This document shows, piece after piece, positions 13,565 to 25,866 of a DNA stretch of 64,000 nt (the stretch's first letter is position 1; every line of letters starts with the position of its first letter). The notes beneath the pieces were generated by a model. That model did not search any database. It was not told the origin of the DNA and worked only from the letters and a program-made list of their open reading frames with translations. Location: contig JAAOMT010000657.1 of the NCBI GenBank assembly GCA_016748015.1, positions 1 through 64,000 of the forward strand, given 5' to 3'. The stretch is from Geosiphon pyriformis uo1. Its lineage: Eukaryota; Fungi; Glomeromycota. The translations under genes and the position numbers were made by a program.

Positions 13565-14221
13565 ATGAACAATTATTTTCTGGATCAAAACATTCAAAAT
13601 GCTTTCTATACTCTCCATGAGTATTGGATCAAAAACTATTCAAATACTACCCTGACTATTGGAAAACAGACCACAATAACTGACAACAGTGGAACTCATA
13701 TTGTTATCAGACCAAAGAAAACAACTACCAGAAGAGAAAAAATTGGTAGCAAAATGGATAAGTATTTGCTGGAAAGTATAACAGCAGCAATACTTGCACC
13801 TTCTATCACAATTGGAAAAACAATTAAAAAAATCTTGTCCATAGACAAAAACTTGTCATATGGAAGACAATTAAAACTTTATGGTTATCTTAGTGAAATC
13901 ATAGAAGACATGAAGCTCATAAAGAAAACAACTTCTGAAATACAAGTAGAAATTTTGGACATTGTATGATTAAATGTTCCAAAAGTTTTGACCATTGCAA
14001 GAAGAGCCAAAACTTTTATACAAAAATTTGGTCCCTTGGACACAAAGCTCATTTTGTCTCAAGTTTTATATATCTTATCCACAAAAGACTTCAACAAACT
14101 AGTTAGTTTTGAGTTAGATAAAACCCTTCAAATAGAGTATTTTCTAAATAATTTGATTTTGCCAGAGCTCAATCTCTTTGCAAAGGATGATATTATGGTT
14201 GAAACTCATAGTTTTTATTAG
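13565..14221 (+). pseudogene. ORF3 of B (unknown function, one in-frame stop), runs 31 nt into the 3' LTR
   Basis: ORFs 13469-13969 and 13988-14221 are in the same frame; near-identical to the G copy at 52948-53603. Confidence 0.75.
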
Positions 14222-14657
14222 TTATCACATGTATTAGCCACTGATGTTATATAATTAGCCACCCTATTTTTAAATAGCAATTATTGACCTGATTATTGAC
14301 CACTTTTGATAGCTATATAAGTGATGAATCTCTTAGCTGTAGAAAAGCATATAATAACAAGCATCTGAATAATCAAAAATAAATAAAATAACAACTTTCA
14401 TCTCAATCCTTCTCTTATCACTAATTTCCCTTTCCCTACCTTCAAGTATTTGAATATCTTAAAAATAAAAGATTACTTGTTGGCCTTTTCCTGACATATA
14501 TAATTGTAGCATTTGAAAATTATTTGAATAAACATGACTGAAAAGCACAAGTTGATACCTGATATTGAATTCTAAAAGTGCTGACATGAGACATAGAATT
14601 ATACCAGTGGTGATCAATTGTTGACAGTACAGACTATCTCTCTACCTTTAGAATTTT
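14191..14657 (+). repeat. 3' LTR of B, 3'-truncated
   Basis: Starts TATTATGG (mutated TGTTATGG) after a purine tract; matches 55209-~55720, then diverges. Confidence 0.85.
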
Positions 14658-15199
14658 CATGCTCTGAATTTTATTACTGGTCATATTTTTTTTCCTAAGG
14701 AAAGATAAATTCAAACTCTGTTTTCAATTGATTTGCTTGAGCAATGTCCTATTAACAAATTTGTTTCTGGAAGATCCTATTGGGCCATTATTCTTGCTTA
14801 TAGGTTTGTTAATTCCTTCTCTTAATACAGAAAAAAAGTAATCTTGTTAGCCAAAATTTGATTCAGAGTAATTTTATCAATACTTGCAGCAACAGCCTCC
14901 AAAGCACTATTAGCTTTTAAAGCATTACTAGTCTCCAAAGCACCAAAAGCAGAAGTACTGTACCATATGTCAACTATTATTAAAACTTTTATAATATTCA
15001 TAAACAACAAGCCAGATATAATAGTTCTGTTATTGTTTTTTAATAACAGTAGTAACTTATAAAGAAGAGTAATTGAATGTTGTAATATTTCAGAAATTTT
15101 GTTTAGTGTTTTACAATTGTTTCCAGAAACTTTTCTAATTTTTTTTACTACCATAAAAAAAATGATTTCCATTGACAAATCAGAAAATCTTCTTGACTG

Positions 15200-15361
15200 T
15201 AATAGTAAATTAAAGTTTTCTGAATTGTTTTTGTTTTTCCAAAATGTTCAGCTAATGGATTAATGTGCATGTTGTAGATCACAATTTCTTTTTCTTTAAA
15301 TCTAATGACTCTTTGAAAGTAATCAAGATCTCTTTTATTTCTTTTATAAAGTTGGTTCTGG
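15200..15361 (-). mobile_element. Old B-family integrase fragment (left part; target of C)
   Basis: Matches G ~54690-54839; continues at 30151. Confidence 0.8.
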
Positions 15362-16218
15362 TGTTACAGGTGATTATTTGGAGTCTCAAATCAAATAACA
15401 AACCCATAACTTGGTGCTCAAAAGCTATTCGTGTTAATGATGATCTGAAAGTTTTGGTGTTTGAAGGTTTTGAAGGAGTTCTTTGTATAATAGACAGAGA
15501 TTCAATATTGATGTTGTTGTTGTTGGTAAGTTGTCTTCCCAATTTTTTTTTTAGCTTAGTGGCCGGATTTATTCTGGCAGTCATGCCCTTTTGGTAAGCT
15601 ATCCAATAATATATATAATCTACTCTTATTTCTGGATCTTTTACCAGACTATCCTTGACATCAATAATTTAGTGTTTAATCCTCAATTAATTAGTAAACA
15701 ACAATAAAACCAAAGAAAAAAAAATAAAAAAAAATAAAAAAAAATAAAAGAAATAAAGAAATAAGCCAAGGCAATTTGCAAGTTAGTATCCCATTAATAG
15801 TCATGATCAAGAGTTATTGTTCTAGTGTAGTTAAGTGTCAATTTTTATCAACATGAAGTATTGATAATGGAAAATAGATTGTGATAACAAATATTTATTT
15901 ATTAGATGATTGTGAATTAGAAGGTTGCTTAGATTAAATCTAAACTGGGAGGTCTCTTTTTTCTGTCTCTAATACTATTACTATATATACATAATTTGGG
16001 TTCTACAAAATTGCTTACATTCTCGAGCAATGTGCTATAATTTCTCAAGCAATATTCACATTGCTGAGCAATATGCTATATTTTCTTGACATTGCTTCAC
16101 ATTGCTGAACAATATGTCATGATTTCTGATATTGCTTCACATTGATGAGTAATGTGCTCACATGGATTACTACTATTCTCCTATTGGTTTATCTGTTTTC
16201 TTATTACTTCTTGTATGC
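15362..16218 (-). repeat. 3' LTR of C (the remaining 19 nt lie at 25835-25853, beyond the D insertion)
   Basis: Matches 29338-30146; interrupted at TGTATGC|CTTTCTC. Confidence 0.9.
16010..16160. repeat. U3 array of ~40-bp units, each with the palindrome CACATTGC-TSA-GCAATGTG (4 units)
   Basis: Read directly; also at 29960-30070 (3 units), 41465-41612 and 51703-51850. Confidence 0.85.
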
Positions 16219-17595
16219 TGTTACGGGATGGTTTTCTTGTTATATTTAATTGCTGATATCCCGTTTTAATTGCAATCAGTCTTTCGTGAGTTCCTCAATT
16301 CTATTTGTGTGATAATGTCACTGTTACACTGAAGGCTTTCTTTTTACTGTTGTGATATAAGTTATTCTTCAATTCTTGATTGTTGTGTGTGTTTATGTAC
16401 TCCTTCTTAGAGGCTGAACTGAAATCTACCCACTGTTTGGGGTCTTCTCTGAGGCTATCCTTGCAATTGCCTAATGTGTTTCTCTAATTTAGAAACACAG
16501 AATGTTAATGGTCTTTAGCGCTTTTCTAATTCTTACAATAAAGCTTTTGTTAATTAGTAACAATGTGAATAATCTTGATCAAGGATTATTCTTCCAAGAG
16601 ATTCAGTTGATGAATGATAGTTTCATTCAATAAATAATACAAGTAAGTTTCTTAATACTTTGGGTTGTGATAGTTCAGTTTTAAATATTCTTTTTTATTT
16701 CTTTTTGATTTTAAAGGTTTCTTGGGATATTTAATTTGAAANNNNNNNNNNNNNNNNNNNNTCAATACTGTGTTATTAATTTGTTGTTGTAATTCTTGAA
16801 ATTGCAAGTTGGTAAGTCGTCCAATACTGTTGGTTGTTATTATGTTCATGGTTGGGTCCAACAATAATTTGTGACAGTTTTCAAATGCTTTGAAAATTCT
16901 GTAAACTGTTTTTGAATAAAATGTAGTGTTGGTTTTTCCAATGAAAGGTTCTAATAGTTGGATAGTTGTTTTGTCAAACACTCTAGTTGAGTCTTTTGAG
17001 TATAATATTTGTATGTTTAAGTGCTTTCCTAGTTGATAATAACAGTAATTAATTGGAAATTTCATTTTCAAGTTGCTAAATGTGTCTGATGTTAATTTAC
17101 TTATTTTTATTTCTTCCATTATTAATGTATTGCCCAATGCTATCTTTAATTTTTCAATAACTTTGCTAATAAATTTGTTGTTATATTTGGCAATATTATA
17201 TGGTTCGAAATTATGTTCCTGTCTCTTATACACATCTTGAAAGTATGATTTAAAGTGGAGTTTGTTGGATAAAATTGGATCTATTGTTTGATAAGTTATG
17301 ATTTTTATTACTTGATTGATTATTTCCCAATATTAAAACTACTGTATATATACATGTTTGTAGTTCTATGAGAAAACACATTGTAATACTTTTTTTTTGA
17401 TATTTCAACCTGGTGTTTGCTGCTATCACCAGTTGGTGTTGGCTGCTATTGTGAACTGGTGCTTGCCACTATCGCGAGATGGTATTTGCTACTATGTTAA
17501 TCATTACCTTTCTAAGATTATTACTGTGTTATATTATGATTGAATAGTTTGTATTATTTTTATGATTCTTTTTGCTAAATTCTTAAACCATAATA
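16219..17595 (-). repeat. 3' LTR of D (inflated by an assembly artefact at 16742-17237)
   Basis: 16219-16741 plus 17238-17595 match 24955-25830. Confidence 0.9.
16742..17237. other. Assembly artefact: N gap + 457-bp duplicate of 17674-18130 + Nextera/Tn5 mosaic-end adapter
   Basis: CTGTCTCTTATACACATCT at 17219-17237, which produces the spurious MYKRQ ORF start. Confidence 0.95.
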
Positions 17596-17608
17596 TTATT
17601 CCCTCCTT

Positions 17609-18277
17609 TCAAGATTGAGCTTTGTCAAAATCAAAGTTAATTTCTTCATTAAATTCTAAGTTACTATAGTGGTTCAATACTGTGTTATTAATTTGTTGTT
17701 GTAATTCTTGAAATTGCAAGTTGGTAAGTCGTCCAATACTGTTGGTTGTTATTATGTTCATGGTTGGGTCCAACAATAATTTGTGACAGTTTTCAAATGC
17801 TTTGAAAATTCTGTAAACTGTTTTTGAATAAAATGTAGTGTTGGTTTTTCCAATGAAAGGTTCTAATAGTTGGATAGTTGTTTTGTCAAACACTCTAGTT
17901 GAGTCTTTTGAGTATAATATTTGTATGTTTAAGTGCTTTCCTAGTTGATAATAACAGTAATTAATTGGAAATTTCATTTTCAAGTTGCTAAATGTGTCTG
18001 ATGTTAATTTACTTATTTTTATTTCTTCCATTATTAATGTATTGCCCAATGCTATCTTTAATTTTTCAATAACTTTGCTAATAAATTTGTTGTTATATTT
18101 GGCAATATTATATGGTTTGAAATTATGTTCTTTTCTTGTTTTTGGATTTTCTATTGTTCTTTTTATGTATGTTATTTTGGAGCTATTAACTGTGATTTCT
18201 AGATCGGATTTTAATTATTGTAAGCTTTCAACTAATTGTTGAGTTATATTGTTGATGTTTTCTGGAATAAATATCAT
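17609..18277 (-). pseudogene. ORF3 of D (~222 aa, one stop), unknown function
   Basis: ATG at 18277 in frame with 17609-18049; NYCYYQLGKHLNIQ motif shared with C/E/F ORF3; its stop overlaps the PPT. Confidence 0.78.
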
Positions 18278-18389
18278 TGTTTTAATTTTGACTGCTATTT
18301 TGGAATCTTTTGCATGTGTTTTTATGGTTGTTAAATCATTTTTGCTGTGATCTAAGATTAATTATCTTTTCAATTAAAACTATTGGTTC

Positions 18390-19164
18390 TAAATCTCATG
18401 GAATTTGTTCTGATAGAATTAAAGGTAATTGTGTTCCAATTCTGGGTGTTTTTGTTGTTATTACTGGTTTACTGTAATAGAATTTCAGCCGGTTACCATG
18501 TGCTGCTTTTCTTTATATTTTATCATCTAGTCTTAGCTTGTATGCTCCATTTCCAAGTATTTCATGAATATAAAATGGTCTATCTCACTTGTGATCAAAT
18601 TTTCCACTCCACTATTTTTCCATTTTTGTACAATGCAACAATACTTTATCTCCAATTTTGTAGCTAATTATATTATCTGGTAACTGGTTATCATGTCTCA
18701 CTTTTTGTTGTTCTTGTGATTGTTCAATATTTTGTGCTGCTTTTCTTTTTTTGTTTTTTAAAGTTCTCATTAATTTGTATGTTCTTCTAAGTAGTGTTTC
18801 CTGGAATGTTGCTTCTGTGATAGTGTCACTTGGATAAGTTGGGATAGTAAGTTCAACTGGTAATGTGGCTTTTCTTCCATAAACTAGTTCAAATAGTGTG
18901 AATTGTGTAGTATCTTGTTTTACTGTTCTATATGCTAGTAGTATTGCTGGTATGAACAAATCCCATTCTTTTTCATGTTCATTACTAATTTTCGCCAGTG
19001 ATTTGTATAATGTGCGATTAAATCTTTCAACTAATCCATTTGTTTGAGGGTGGTATGGTGATGACAGTGGTCGCTTGATTCCAAATTTTTGGCTAAGTTC
19101 TTTTAAGGTGCTGTTTACAAAGTGTGTGCCTTGATCTGATAGCAATTCTTGTGGACATCCATGT
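18390..19164 (-). pseudogene. Integrase of D (N-terminal half hidden in the N gap 19165-19184)
   Basis: LSDQGTHF, SSPYHPQTNGLVERFNR. Confidence 0.9.
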
Positions 19165-19200
19165 NNNNNNNNNNNNNNNNNNNNGGTGGGTTGGTGATTT

Positions 19201-20520
19201 TTATGTGTGTCTCATTCTTGACAAACAGTCGGCATTAGCATTTTTGGTACCTTCTTTGTATTTGATAATATAATCATATAGTGCTAATGTTTGTGACCAT
19301 CTGGCATATTTTCTTTTTAGCGCTTTCTTGTTATTTAACCAGACCAGACCTCTATGATCTGTCATAATCTCAAAGAGTTGGTACCGTAAATATGTGTCAA
19401 AGTGAACACAACTCCAGACTACTGCTAAGCATTCAAGTTCATGTGCTGCATAGTTTTGTTCTGCCGTACTGAGACTTCTGCTGGCATAAACAATTACACG
19501 TTCTCTTCCATTATCATTTTTTTGTAACAGAATGGCTCCAAGTCCAGTTCCAGAGGCATCTGTGGCCAAAATGAATTTCTTGTTGAAATTTGGATAGATC
19601 ATTATTGGTAATTTAATGAGCTTTTGTCTAAGGTACTCAAAAGCTTTTTGTTGTGCTTTAGTCCATTTAAACTTCACATTTTTAGATAGTAGGTAATTAA
19701 GGAGTTTGGCGATGTTTGAAAAGTTTTCTACAAAGTGGCGGTAGTAAGATGTGAGTCTTAAAAAGCTTCTAACTTCTGAAACATTTTGAGGTACTGGAAA
19801 ATTTTTTACTTTGTCTATTTTTGATAGATCTGGTTTTATTCTATCTTTTTCAACTATGTGTTCTAAAAATGCTAGCTCATTTTTCACAAAGAAACATTTT
19901 TCTAGATTTAGTTTAAGTCCAGCATGTCTCAATCTCTCAAAAACTTGTTGTAAATGTTGGAGATGATCTGTGAATTTTGACGAGAAAACATTTGTATCAT
20001 CCAAGTAGACAACAACGGATTGCCACAGGATTCCGGAGTAAATTACATCCATTAGTCTTTGGAATGTCGCGGGAGTGTTTGTTAATCCAAATGGCATTAC
20101 ATTGAACTTATAATTGCTATTTTGTGTTGTGAATGCTGTTTTATGTCTGTCCTTTGGGTCCATTTCCACTTGCCAGTACCCACTGGTCAAGTCCAGTATA
20201 GAAAACCATTTTGCTCCTCCAAAAACGTCAAAGATTTCGTCAATTAACAGTATTGGGTATAAGTCTTTGGTTGTTTTGCTGTTTAGTTTGCGATAGTTGA
20301 CGCAAAATCTAATTTTTCCATTCTTTTTCCTTAATAAAACAACTGGTGAGGACCATGGGCTCATTGATGGTTGTATTATTCCTTTTTCCAACATGCTTTG
20401 GACTTCTTCTCTGATAAAATTATGTTCCATTGGTGGGACATGATAAGTGCGTTGTTTTTCAGGTCTGGCCTCCAGTGGGGATTTGGTGTTGAACCAAGTT
20501 GGTTCTTCCAAATTTGCCAT
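19201..20520 (-). CDS. Reverse transcriptase-RNase H of D (open 439-aa stretch)
   Basis: SPWSSP, MPFGL, YLDD, TDASG, ECLAVVW, TDH, NADCLSR followed by a stop. Confidence 0.93.
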   Translation of the reverse strand: MANLEEPTWFNTKSPLEARPEKQRTYHVPPMEHNFIREEVQSMLEKGIIQPSMSPWSSPVVLLRKKNGKIRFCVNYRKLNSKTTKDLYPILLIDEIFDVFGGAKWFSILDLTSGYWQVEMDPKDRHKTAFTTQNSNYKFNVMPFGLTNTPATFQRLMDVIYSGILWQSVVVYLDDTNVFSSKFTDHLQHLQQVFERLRHAGLKLNLEKCFFVKNELAFLEHIVEKDRIKPDLSKIDKVKNFPVPQNVSEVRSFLRLTSYYRHFVENFSNIAKLLNYLLSKNVKFKWTKAQQKAFEYLRQKLIKLPIMIYPNFNKKFILATDASGTGLGAILLQKNDNGRERVIVYASRSLSTAEQNYAAHELECLAVVWSCVHFDTYLRYQLFEIMTDHRGLVWLNNKKALKRKYARWSQTLALYDYIIKYKEGTKNANADCLSRMRHT

Positions 20521-23500
20521 TTCTTGAAAATATATCAGAGTATTTTAAAATTAATGCTTTTAATTGTCGCTGTTGGTCAGGATCCATTGTTCCAATGTTT
20601 AATTTGGCCAATTCTTCTGGTGTAAATTGATAGCATTCTAATGGTTGTTGCCAATTTATTGAAGTGAGTTCATAGTAGAGGGTGATTTCTGGGAAATTTA
20701 GAATTTCTTATAGTGTTGACGCGTTTTCTAGCTCCATTCCAAGGTATCCAATAATGGTATCTTCCAGAATGTAGATGGGTTTTTCTATGGTGTTTGCGAT
20801 AGAAATTTTTATCCATTGAGCTTTATCAGCTGAAATAAAAAGGTTAGTAAGTCCTATGAGAAACTGTTGGCAAGTTTCTGGGTAGGGCTCAAATATTAGG
20901 TCTTTTTCTTTAATTGTCCTTTTTATTCTTATTTCTGATTTTCCATATGGTAGGAGCATGATGAACTGCTTATTTTTAATTATTTTGCCTTTTTCTTCTA
21001 TTGTTTCAGTGAAATTCACTTCAATTCCTTTTTCTGTCGATCTGAAATTAAAAGTTCCTTTCGTTGTTTATAACAATTCCTTACAATTTTCCACTGGCAC
21101 AAATTTCCCAATTTTTACCAATGGTAGGAAAATTGCTTGTGCAATCTTTTCCTTAGATTCAATGATATAAGGCTTTTCTGAATTGTTCTGTAGCAAAACC
21201 ATCAAATTTTCAGTGTATTCAGAGTCAATTACTCCTCCTTGAATGCTTATTCCTTTTTTCGCGAGGCTTAATTGCGACGTTATTTGAACCATTATTCCTG
21301 GTGGAATTTCAACTGCTATTTTTAGGTCGATTTTGGTGATGCTCCTGGGTGATAACATTATGGATTGGTCTTCTGGATAACGTAGATCGAATCTAGTGTC
21401 GGTTGGATGGGCTCTTTCAGGTATTATTTCTAAGTGCCCATTGTCGAAGTATTGGATGTCGGTCACCTGTTCTAGGTCAGTATAGGCTACAAATTTTTTT
21501 GACTCAGGACCATTAGGTGAGTCTTGTTGATTTATTGATTGATTTTGAGACTGCTGATTCTCAATTTCCATTTTTCTTTCTAAGTCCTTTTTGTCTTGAC
21601 ACTCTTCACAACACTGATTTTGGCATGGAATGAGACAGTTTTCGCAGAGATAAGTGTTAATTTGGGCGAGGTATTGTTCTTGTTTTTGTCGAGTGGGGCA
21701 TAGTTGTTGGTAGTAGTCCTGGAATTTGTCCACTGGGTCGAACATGTTGTAGCTGGTGACTTCGTCAGCTACTTCGGCTGACTCTTTCTAATGTCATATT
21801 TTTTCGGCGGTTCCTCCTCTTACTTTGGCTTGTGTGGTGTTGTACAGCTCGTCTTCATCATGTGGGTAGTGCTGTAGTCTTTTTAACACTCTGTTGAATG
21901 CTGCTTTGAATGGCATTTCTCTTCTTACCTAGTCACAGATGAGGATCGTGTATTGACAAGTTGCGTCACACATTCCTCCTCTGCCTGGTATGTCGTTCTA
22001 GTTGCACCCTCTTGGTAACGGTTCTCCACAAGTGAGGCACGGTTCCTTGTCCCATTTTCCATGTCTTTCTGGGTAACCGTATTTTTCTTTGTTACAACAG
22101 TTACAATAGTAGTGGGTAAGATTTCTTGGGTCTTCATCTGGTGTGCTGCACACAGTCATAGACAAGAGTTTCTTCTTGTAAACTGAGCATTCTAGCTTTG
22201 GTCTGCATTGCTGGTGGTTTCTTTGTGAACTTACCTGGTTCCATTCAGATTTTTCTTCACTGGTCTACGTTGGTACGGCTGGTAGTCCTGTTCTTTGGTC
22301 ATCAGCCCAAGAGAGCTAATAGGTTTCGATGGCTGGTAGTGCTAAATTTTCCTCAAATTCGAAGGTAGGTCTTTGGTTGGTGCTGGGTTTTTGGAAGTGG
22401 CCACAGGTGGCTGGAATTTTGGCCTGATGGCCATTATAATTGATCAGAAGCTCTTGGGTGGTCCAATCTAGGGTGGTGTTGGCTTTTGTTAGCCAGTCAT
22501 TTCCTACTAACGCTTGATATTGTGTAGCGTCCATTATTAATACTTTTGTAGGTATTACTATGCCGTTAATTTTGAAAGAGAATGAGTCAATTTTGCCATG
22601 AGGCAGCTTTGTACTTCCATCGGCTGTTATAATTTGGGACGTCATGGCACAATCAACTTTGAAACCCAATTGGTTTACTAGTTGAAGCATTACGATGCTT
22701 CCAGCGGATCTGCTGTCTAAGATAAGTTTGATTGGAGTATTGTTTACAGTGGCTTCTGTATACATAGCAGTGATTGCGCATTTTTCGTCCGATGCTGCTC
22801 CACTGAACATAGCCTCGTTTTCCTCTAATTCAAAAGAAAAAATAGCTGCGAGACTGCTATCTTCAGTGGCAACTGCTGGTGGTATTGTCTGGCTCAATTT
22901 GGAGGAATTCTTGATTCTGTTTATGTTTCTACCATCATTGTTTCCGATAATCAGGTTTTCCGGTATATTAAGATAAGTTTGTTGATAATTTTGGTAGTTT
23001 GGATTGGTTTGCTGATTGGTTCCGGCGCGGTTTGGATTTCTCTGGACCAACGCGTTCTGGTTCCACATGGGCTGATTTTGGGCCTCGGGACACCAATTCG
23101 GGTTGGCTATCATGGACTGTTGCTGGTAAGCTCCTTGATTTTGATATGTGGTGGGATATTGGCGTGGTATTGGCATGTACTGGTTTCTGGGCATTTGGGG
23201 TGGCACGTAATAATTATTTTCGCATGCTTCCTGCATCATTCGCATTTGACATTGACTAATCAAATGTTCTACGTGTTTGCAAAAATGGCAGGCGCGTGTT
23301 TCTGTTCTGAATTCTTGGCGCGATGAGCAATTATTTCAACTGTCACTGACTTCCTGGCTGCATCTTTGGGGTGGTTGGTATGTATTTTTTCTTGGATCCG
23401 GGATGAAGTAACTTTCTATTTTCTTAGAGAGTTCCTCTCCTAATCACATTACTCTTTTCTCTAATGTTTCTGTCTTATTTTCCTCCATTACCATGTTAAC

Positions 23501-24870
23501 CATTTGACTATGGTTAGCTTCTTTCTTAGCCGATTCAAGGGCTCTGGCGAGCGTAACGGTTTCTGGTAAGGAATTAGAGTGGGCAGGGCATACTTTTCCT
23601 AAAATGCTGCTTTTTAATCCTCTAATAAACTGATTTAAAACCTGAGGATCAGTGTAGTATCCTTGTTCAATTGCTTCAATCTGATGGCGAATTCGATTGA
23701 ATCGAGCAAGGTATTGGGTGACAGTTTTACTGGTATTTTGCTTAATAATATTGAATTCGTTCTGCAGTTGGATTATGGCATTTGGGTCACTAAAATACTC
23801 CAGGAGTGCATTTTTAAATTTGGCAAAGCTCGTGGGTTTTGTTTCCAGGCTTTGATATCATGAGTCGGCTGTGCCTTTCAGGAAGAAAGGTAATGTTTGA
23901 ATTGCTCTTTGGTTATTCCAGTTATTTGCCTGGATGGCTTTTTGTGCTTCTCTGAGCCATGTGTGCATGTCCGTTTCTTCTTCCTCTCCTGAGAAATCTG
24001 TTAGTCTTGCAATGTATGATGTGGTCATTTTGTTGCCGTTTTCTGCTGGTGGGTTTATTGGTCTAAGAGGAGGTGGGATGATATTTCCTTGAGCGTTCCT
24101 AAAGGTGGTTTCCCTTATATCTGGTTCTTCCTCTTAATCACGAGTTTTTTGGTTTTTGAACTGACTGCTTGTTCCAGTGACTGGTCTTGTGATTGTTTTT
24201 TCGCTGGTCTCTTTTTCGGATTCCGATTCAGATTCCTCTTCACGGTTTTCAAACCCCGTTTTAAATTTTGGCTGAAAAAAAGGGTTTTGGAATAGTGATG
24301 AATATCCTCCTATAATTGGTATGTCTCCCCAGTTACGTTGTTTAATTTTATCAGTTTAACTAGGAGTTCTTGGCATTTGTGGAGTTGATGTTGATGATGA
24401 TGCAGCTCCTAATGGAATTTGTATCTTATTTTCTGGTGAATAAATACGTTGTTTCTTTATTGATTGAGTGACAGTTTTCTTTGGTGTTTGAGCTGGTGTT
24501 CCTAGTTTTTGCTGGTTACTTTTCTGATTAGTTTCTAAATTTTCTTTGATTTTGTTGGCGCGTTCCCTGTGGATATTGGAAAATTTTCGTTGGCATATTG
24601 CTCAATTTTTCGATGGATTTTGACAATAGTTGCAGCTATTACTGCTACTTCTTTTGTAGTGTATTGTGATAATTCTCTATACAATTCAAGTTTTGCATCA
24701 TGTGGTTCTTCTTCCTTTTCTATATGATAATTTATTCTGACGTTGATATAATAAGTGAAGGCAGATTCTGCTGGACAACACCCTTCTGGTAATCCAAGAT
24801 CACTTTGATTTTGTGTGTAAATAGCACGGCAGAATTCAAGAACAGTAAGATTAGGGGTTTTTGTCACCAC
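20521..24870 (-). pseudogene. gag-PR-Cys-rich-dUTPase-pseudo-dUTPase portion of D
   Basis: CHFCKHVEHLISQC knuckle; ILDSRSAGS; dUTPase at ~21033-21440 (FDLRY, GGVIDSEY, KIAQAIF). Confidence 0.88.
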
Positions 24871-24935
24871 TTTTGTCTCTTCCTTTTTAGCAATGAATTA
24901 TTGCTAATTATTATTTCCTTTTTTTGATTTTCTTT

Positions 24936-24952
24936 CTTCGTAGGGTTCACCA
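24936..24952 (-). promoter_or_regulatory. PBS of D (TGGTGAACCCTACGAAG)
   Basis: 2 nt from the LTR end; differs from all other PBSs in the window. Confidence 0.78.
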
Positions 24953-24954
24953 AA

Positions 24955-25830
24955 TGTTATGGGATGGTTTTCTTATTATATTTAATTGCTGATATCCCGT
25001 TTTAATTGCAATTAGTCTTTCATGAGTTCCTCAATTCTATTTGTGTGATAATGTCACTGTTACATTGAAGGCTTTCTTTTTACTGTTGCGATATAAGTTA
25101 TTCTTCAATTCTTGATTGTTGTATGTGTTTATGTACTCCTTCTCAGAGGCTGAACTGAAATCTATCCACTGTTTGGGGTCTTCTCTGAAGCTATCCTTGC
25201 AATTGCCTAATGTGTTTTTCTAATCTAGAAACACAGAATGTTAATGGTCTTTAGTGCTTTTCTAATTCTTACAATAAAGCTTTTATCAATTAGTAACAAC
25301 ATGAATAATCTTGATCAAGGATTATTCTTCCAAGAGATTCAGTTGATGAATGATAGTTTCATTCAATAAATAATACAAGTAAGTTTCTTAATACTTTGGG
25401 TTGTGATAGTTCAGTTTTAAATATTCTTTTTCATTTCTTTTTGATTTTAAAGGTTTCTTGGGATATTTAATTTAAAAGTATGATTTAAAGTGGAGTTTGT
25501 TGGATAAAATTGGATCTATTGCTTGATAAGTTATGATTTTTATTACTTGATTGATTATTTCCCAATATTAAAACTACTGTATATATACATGTTTGTAGTT
25601 CTACAAGAAAACACATTGTAATACTTTCTTTTTAATATTTCAATCTGATGTTTGCTGCTATCACCAGTTGGTGTTGGCTGTTATTGTGAACTGGTGCTTG
25701 CCACTATCGCGAGATGGTGTTTGCTACTATGTTAATCATTACCTTTCTAAGATTATTACTATGCTATATTATGATTGAATAGTTTGTATTATTTTTATGA
25801 TTCTTTTTGCTAAATTTTTAAACCATAACA
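24955..25830 (-). repeat. 5' LTR of D (876 bp)
   Basis: TGTTAT...ATAACA termini; matches the 3' LTR with transition differences. Confidence 0.93.
25645..25731. repeat. U3 array of D: ~23-bp unit TGGTGTTTGCTGCTATCRCNAG, ~4 copies
   Basis: Read directly; also at 17410-17495; lies upstream (element sense) of TATATA at ~25580. Confidence 0.75.
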
Positions 25831-25866
25831 ATGCCTTTCTCTTATGAATAATATTATCTCCTTCTT

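Larger units (their letters stand above)
7775..14657 (+). mobile_element. Ty3/Gypsy LTR retrotransposon B (no dUTPase; 5' LTR split by A, 3' LTR truncated)
   Basis: LTR remnant, PBS, gag, PR, RT, RH, IN, ORF3, PPT, LTR; homologous to G. Confidence 0.92.
16219..25830 (-). mobile_element. Ty3/Gypsy LTR retrotransposon D (dUTPase-encoding, best preserved RT-RH)
   Basis: Perfect TSD ATGC (16215-18 / 25831-34); LTRs 16219-17595 and 24955-25830; PBS; PPT 17596-17610. Confidence 0.95.

Noticed and set aside
15279-15597. ORFs within LTRs (also 29443-29667, 31795-32019, 40320-40514, 51731-51934)
   Set aside because: Not preserved between sister LTRs; chance ORFs in repeat DNA
16652-17233. Second copy of ORF3 inside the D 3' LTR (193-aa ORF)
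   Set aside because: It starts in the Nextera adapter (MYKRQ), spans an N gap and is absent from the 5' LTR, so it is an artefact
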